A stretch of 64,000 nucleotides of DNA from Gemmatimonadales bacterium (GTDB taxonomy: Bacteria; Gemmatimonadota; Gemmatimonadetes; Gemmatimonadales; GWC2-71-9). Positions 59,398 through 64,000 of the stretch are shown in pieces. The position numbers were made by a program, and so were the translations under genes. Under the pieces are notes generated by a model. It searched no databases and had not been told where the DNA came from. It was given only the letters and a program-made list of their open reading frames with translations. Position 1 is the first letter of the stretch. Each line of letters starts with the position of its first letter. The DNA is taken from positions 3,168,001 through 3,232,000 of the forward strand of contig OZ252244.1 in the NCBI GenBank assembly GCA_965249575.1, given 5' to 3'.

Positions 59398-61599
59398 CTG
59401 AACGTCGAGAAACTCAAAGACAAAGCGCGGAAGCTCGAGCAGCGAGATGATCCGTCCAAGGCGATCGAGGTGTACATGCAGATCGTCCGGGAGCTCGAGG
59501 GGACGCCCGAGTTGGACGATGAGCTCCCGCTCTACAACAAAGTCGGTGATCTGTACATCAAAGCCGGCAACGTCACGGCGGCAGTCGAGATGTACGAACG
59601 GGCGGTGAATCGCTATACGGAGTCGGGCTTTCCCAACAACGCGATCGCGCTTTGCAACAAGATTCTCCGAAGCTCACCGGGGCGAACGCAGATCTATCTC
59701 AAGCTCGCGCAGCTGATGGTCCAGCGGGGATTCCTTGCCGAGGCGAAGCAGAACTTCATCGAGTACGCCGAGCGGATGCAGAAGGCCGGCAAGCTCGAGG
59801 AGGCGTTCCGAGCGCTCAAGGAGTTCGCCGACCTCTCGCCGGATAACGAAGAGATCAGGTTAATGCTTGCCGAGCAGCTCAAGGCGGCTGCGCGAACTGA
59901 TGAGGCTCGCGAGCAGCTGGCGAAGCTGTATGCCGAGGTCGAGGCGAAGGGCGACGCCCGACGGTCGCGCGAGACCTTGAGTAAGCTGAGGGCAATCGAT
60001 CCTGAGTACGACGTGGAACGCGCCCCGCGCCCCTCGGTCGGCGCGAGACCAAAGAAGAGTACTGACATCGTGTTCCTCGACCTGGACGAAGGCGTCAAGG
60101 AAACGGAGGAGCCCGAGCCGGCCGGGCAGCCGACCGGATTCGAGTCAACCGTCGTCGGCGAGACCGAAGACGTGGAGGAGGCCGACCTCGTCGTCGAGCG
60201 GGCCTCTGAAGAGACCAGGCCAACGGACCTACCGTCCCAGGCCGTGGAGGGCCTCGATCTGGGGACGGAGTTCGAGGCGCCCACGGAGGTCGGCGGGTCG
60301 CTGGACGTCGAGCCGACGTCTCTGAACGAATCGCTGGAAACCCCGGCAGCGGCGCCCTCGGAGTCGGCGGACGTTGACGATGAGGAGCCGATCGGCGGTG
60401 ACCTTCCGCTTCTCGAGGTGGAGCCGGATGGGGCTGCGGAACCGAGCGAGCCGTCCACCGTTCCGGCGGCCGGAGCTGGCGACGTCGGGACTGAATCGGC
60501 CGAGGAAGATGACGAGCTCAAGTCGTTCGGAGATGATCTGCCGGAGCTCCAGATCGGCGGCGAGGGTGATGAAGTCGACATCCTAGCTGAGTTCGAGGGT
60601 TCGGGAATCGAGGTCCCCGAGCTCGATCTCGATGAGGTCGATGACGCCGGCGAAGAGGTGGAGGTGGCCGAGGAGAAGGAGCCGGCCGCTGCCGCGCCGG
60701 ACGGCGCTGACTCGGGCGCGTTCACGACCCTCGATCTCGGCGAGCTCGACGTCGACGGGGACGACGTCTCCGTGGACGTACCTGCGGCGGTCGGCGGGAC
60801 GGGGCGGACGTCGGTGCAGCAAACGCCAACAGCGGACCCGGTCGCCGAGCTCGAAACGCCGGATCTGGCCACCCTCGAGGCCCTGGTCGCCGATGATCCG
60901 GATGACCCGGATCGCCACAAGGACCTGGCCGAGGCATTGCTCGAAGCGGGCCAGCGCGAACGCGGACTCGAGGAAGTCGACATCGCGCTCGCGGCCTCAG
61001 AGTCCAAGGGGAAGTGGGATCAGGCCGAAAGCTTGGCCGCCGACGAAAAACCGTCTGCTCCGGCGGCGGATTTTGTCGACTTGGGTGCCCTCGTCATGGA
61101 CGAGAGCCGGCCGACCGGAGATACCCGGCTGCGGATCGAAGACGAAGAACCGACCGGCGATGAACAGCGGGACTTCGAGGAGATGCTGGCGCAGTTCAAG
61201 AAGGGCATCGAGGCGAATCTCGCGGATGAAGACGCCGAAGCGCATTACGATCTCGGTGTGGCGTTCAAGGAAATGGGACTCCTCGATGAGGCGATCTCGG
61301 AATTCCAGAAGGCGCTGCGGGGGCCCGATGGGCGGCTGCGGGCATCGGAGGCGCTTGGCATGTGTTTCTTCGAGAAAGGCCAGTTCTCCGTGGCTGCAAC
61401 CGTTCTCAGGAGAGCGATCGAGTCCGATCATGCTGGTGACGACAAGAAGATCGGGTTGCTGTACTGGCTGGGTCGGTGCGAGCAGGAGCAGGGCCGGGGG
61501 GCCGAAGCGCTGACGGCGTATCAGCGGGTATTCGCACTCGACATTCAGTTCCAAGACGTGAGCGAGCGGGTCAAGGGCCTCGCCAAAGTGAACGGATAG
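59398..61599 (+). CDS. TPR protein with long acidic linker (SgmX-like architecture)
   Basis: N-terminal TPRs, D/E-rich middle, C-terminal AHYDLGVAFKEMGLLDEAISEFQ TPRs. The frame is open back to CTG 59398, which follows GAGGT. Confidence 0.82.
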   Translation: MNVEKLKDKARKLEQRDDPSKAIEVYMQIVRELEGTPELDDELPLYNKVGDLYIKAGNVTAAVEMYERAVNRYTESGFPNNAIALCNKILRSSPGRTQIYLKLAQLMVQRGFLAEAKQNFIEYAERMQKAGKLEEAFRALKEFADLSPDNEEIRLMLAEQLKAAARTDEAREQLAKLYAEVEAKGDARRSRETLSKLRAIDPEYDVERAPRPSVGARPKKSTDIVFLDLDEGVKETEEPEPAGQPTGFESTVVGETEDVEEADLVVERASEETRPTDLPSQAVEGLDLGTEFEAPTEVGGSLDVEPTSLNESLETPAAAPSESADVDDEEPIGGDLPLLEVEPDGAAEPSEPSTVPAAGAGDVGTESAEEDDELKSFGDDLPELQIGGEGDEVDILAEFEGSGIEVPELDLDEVDDAGEEVEVAEEKEPAAAAPDGADSGAFTTLDLGELDVDGDDVSVDVPAAVGGTGRTSVQQTPTADPVAELETPDLATLEALVADDPDDPDRHKDLAEALLEAGQRERGLEEVDIALAASESKGKWDQAESLAADEKPSAPAADFVDLGALVMDESRPTGDTRLRIEDEEPTGDEQRDFEEMLAQFKKGIEANLADEDAEAHYDLGVAFKEMGLLDEAISEFQKALRGPDGRLRASEALGMCFFEKGQFSVAATVLRRAIESDHAGDDKKIGLLYWLGRCEQEQGRGAEALTAYQRVFALDIQFQDVSERVKGLAKVNG

Positions 61600-61600
61600 C

Positions 61601-62590
61601 GTGGGGTCGCAGCTGTTACCCGCGAACCTCGCCGCGCTCCAAAAGCCGGTGCGCCAGGAACTCGAAGCGGTGTTTACCGAGCTCAGGCGCATTATCGCCG
61701 CCGACTTTCAGCTGATCGCGAACGTCAACGAGCACTTGCTGTCCATGCGGGGAAAGATGTTTCGCCCCACTCTCGTGCTGCTGGCGGCCAGAGCCACTGG
61801 TGAAATCACGCGACGCGAGATCGCGCTGGGAGCGGTCACCGAGCTGATTCACGTCGCAACGCTGGTTCACGACGATTCGGTGGATCACTCCGTCCTTCGC
61901 CGCGGCCAGCCGACGATCAACGCGATGTTCAGCCACCAAATCGCGGTGATCATGGGGGATTTCCTGTATTCCCGCGCGATCATCGAACTGGTCGACGCTA
62001 ACGACCTCGAGTCGTTGCGAGTGATGAGCCGTGTCACGAATGAGATGACCGTAGGGGAAATGCGGGAACTGCAGGCCTACGACGTCCTGGACTATGCCGA
62101 GGCGGATTACGAGCGGATGATCGAGGCAAAGACCGCGTCCCTCATGTCGGGAGCGTGTGAGGTAGGGTCGCTCATGGCTGGACGACAGGGGCGTGAAGCC
62201 CTCAGGCGGTACGGGCTGGCCCTCGGTATGGCCTTTCAAATCGCGGACGACCTGCTCGATTATACCGAGCCAGAATCCGTCACCGGGAAACCTTCCGGAC
62301 TCGACCTCCGGGAACACAAGATCACCCTGCCGCTGATCGCGGCGTTCCCCAAAATGTCGATGTCCGAGCGTTCAGTCGTTCAAGCGTTGATGCGGGCGCC
62401 GTCACCCACTGACGGAGCGATCAATGAGGTGATCGATATCGTAACAGCTCGCGGTGGGCTCGCGGCGGCGCGGGAGCGGGCCCTCGCCTTTGCCGTCCAA
62501 GCGGAGGCCGAGCTGGATGCGGTGCCCCCGGGGGAGGCCCGGGATTCCCTGCGGGGTTGTGTGACGTACGCGATCGACCGCCGGAGCTGA
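61601..62590 (+). CDS. Polyprenyl diphosphate synthase (IspB/HepT family)
   Basis: GKMFRP, LVHDDSVD...RRG, KTA, FQIADDLLD, GKP. Confidence 0.94.
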   Translation: MGSQLLPANLAALQKPVRQELEAVFTELRRIIAADFQLIANVNEHLLSMRGKMFRPTLVLLAARATGEITRREIALGAVTELIHVATLVHDDSVDHSVLRRGQPTINAMFSHQIAVIMGDFLYSRAIIELVDANDLESLRVMSRVTNEMTVGEMRELQAYDVLDYAEADYERMIEAKTASLMSGACEVGSLMAGRQGREALRRYGLALGMAFQIADDLLDYTEPESVTGKPSGLDLREHKITLPLIAAFPKMSMSERSVVQALMRAPSPTDGAINEVIDIVTARGGLAAARERALAFAVQAEAELDAVPPGEARDSLRGCVTYAIDRRS

Positions 62591-62593
62591 TCG

Positions 62594-62866
62594 ATGGCGA
62601 TCGGGGCCCACCGGCCCGCATTCTACGTCGGAGTGCTGGCCACCGGTTTCGTGCTGGGCGGGTTCCTGTCGGCCCTGCTGCGGCGGTTCTTACCGCCCGG
62701 GCCCGCCAAGGAGTTCTTCACCTGGACCGTCACGCCGACCGTCGGTCCGATATATGTCGATCTCCTCATCCTACGCGTAGAGTTGGGACCTGTTGGGCTG
62801 GAGGTTTCGCTGCTGGCGCTCGTCGGCGTCATCCTGGCCTATCTCCTGGCTCGGTCCCTGTTCTAG
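62594..62866 (+). CDS. Small membrane protein (DUF4321-like)
   Basis: Two hydrophobic segments around PIYVDLLILRVELG. Confidence 0.7.
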   Translation: MAIGAHRPAFYVGVLATGFVLGGFLSALLRRFLPPGPAKEFFTWTVTPTVGPIYVDLLILRVELGPVGLEVSLLALVGVILAYLLARSLF

Positions 62867-62876
62867 TGGGGGTACC

Positions 62877-63140
62877 ATGCCGTTCAATCTAGGGTTTAGC
62901 GAGCTCCTGGTCATTTTGCTGATCGTGCTGCTCGTCTTCGGCGCCAAGCGGCTGCCGGAGATGGGCGCGGCGATGGGCAAGGGCATCAGGGAATTCAAGC
63001 GGAGTGTCACCGAGGTCAGGGACAGCATCGAAGATGGAGGGGAGGCCAGTCAGTCTTCGCGACAGTTGGATTCGCCGTCCAGGTTGGACTCGCCCGCCAC
63101 CAAGGGTGGCGGCGGCGAGCCCAAGAAGTTGAGTCAGTAG
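62877..63140 (+). CDS. tatA: Twin-arginine translocase TatA/TatE
   Basis: LGFSELLVILLIVLLVFGAKRLPEMGAAMGKGIREFK. Confidence 0.95.
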   Translation: MPFNLGFSELLVILLIVLLVFGAKRLPEMGAAMGKGIREFKRSVTEVRDSIEDGGEASQSSRQLDSPSRLDSPATKGGGGEPKKLSQ

Positions 63141-63150
63141 CCTTCGTCGC

Positions 63151-64000
63151 TTAGCGAGGCAGCTCGGCGAGGGCGTCGGCCGCGCGCTGGGCTGCTTCGA
63201 TCTCCGCTCTTCGATCGAGGACGTCGGCCTTCTCCCGCAAATCCGCCAGTACGAGCCGCACGCGTGCCTGGCGCGCCGCTTGAGAGGCCTGCAAGCGCTG
63301 CAGGTCCAGCTGAACTAGGAACGTAGAGCTGTCAGCGACCTGGCGGAACTTGGGCTCCACGAAATAGATGGCATTCGCGGTCTCGATCGGCGCGCTGGCT
63401 TGACCGATTCCCAATCCGAACGCGGCCCCAATGGCCCTCGGCGCGCTCCGAATGACGAATGCTGGATTCGTGCGCGTGAACGGGCCGATTCGGACGGTTT
63501 GCAAGCCCGCTTGGCGCCCGGCTTGTTCGAGATCGGCTCCCGCCCTGACTGCCTGCTCCACCGATTGGGCAAGGTCTCGGATTCCGTCCCACTTCCTTTC
63601 CAGGCGGGCGGCACGCTGGACTTCGTCCTCGATGTTCTCGAGGGGCGGCACCCGCTCGGGCTGCATGCTATCGACTCGGAAGACGTAGTACGCTCTGAGA
63701 TCTTCGATCACCTGCGATGTCTGATCCGCATCGAGCCCAAACGCCCACAAGCCGACGTCCGGAACAAAGAACCCGTCGAGCTCGAGGCGATCTCCCTCAT
63801 GCAATGGCGGTGCCTGACGCACGCCAGACCGGAGCCACGTGGCGACCGAGTCCAGCATGGCCAGATCCAACTGCTCTGCCGCAAATCGATCGAGCGAATC
63901 CGCGCGCAGCTCGACCGATTCCAGATGGTCTCCGCTCAACTCGACCGGGATGAGGACGTGGCGCGCGCGGTACCGATCTCCCGCCCGCGACTCCAACTTG
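63151..64000 (-). CDS. PpiD/SurA-like peptidyl-prolyl isomerase chaperone (3' part, runs off window)
   Basis: ARHVLIP, GPFTR, GAAFGL...SAPIET, LREKADVLDRR. Confidence 0.75.
   Translation of the reverse strand, partial: KLESRAGDRYRARHVLIPVELSGDHLESVELRADSLDRFAAEQLDLAMLDSVATWLRSGVRQAPPLHEGDRLELDGFFVPDVGLWAFGLDADQTSQVIEDLRAYYVFRVDSMQPERVPPLENIEDEVQRAARLERKWDGIRDLAQSVEQAVRAGADLEQAGRQAGLQTVRIGPFTRTNPAFVIRSAPRAIGAAFGLGIGQASAPIETANAIYFVEPKFRQVADSSTFLVQLDLQRLQASQAARQARVRLVLADLREKADVLDRRAEIEAAQRAADALAELPR

Noticed and set aside
59694..61007. 437-aa Ser-rich minus-strand ORF
   Set aside because: Antisense shadow of the D/E-rich linker (GAC/GAG codons read as Ser on the other strand).

Overview
High-GC bacterial chromosomal window, almost all on the + strand and mostly housekeeping. 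Gene content and protein style suggest Gemmatimonadota or another FCB-allied lineage; that assignment is inference. In order: MBL hydrolase; a ~4 kb AT-richer accessory islet (about 0.94-4.97 kb) bounded by a decayed direct duplication of a Cys-rich microprotein gene and carrying a choline-transporter-like SSS symporter, a catalytically degenerate SDR, a Fuseless-like small membrane protein and two truncated sigma54-preceded lipoprotein paralogs; cupin; aspartase/fumarase; Rrf2 (IscR-like)-cysteine synthase-MoeZ; tRNA-Leu(CAG); smpB; amidase; pyrD-pyrF; a stand-alone alpha operon (rpmJ-rpsM-rpsK-rpsD-rpoA-rplQ); rpmB; nucleotide-sugar genes (gmd, rmd-like, WbpD/E/B/A-like, ugd, uxs, gae) interleaved with carB and murB; TPR proteins; bamD; nadD; secA; radC; rel; uvrB; tsaE-tsaB-rimI; ssb; LysM; ccsA-like; hemA; tol-pal-cpoB; an FN3 lipoprotein; an acidic TPR protein; polyprenyl synthase; DUF4321-like; tatA; and a partial PpiD-like gene. 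The standout is a single 1176-aa ORF joining a complete TatC to an LptD-like outer-membrane barrel through an internal signal-peptide-like linker that begins with TRRRN. No CRISPR array, rRNA, integrase or transposase was recognised. Several start codons were re-chosen by eye relative to the ORF track.
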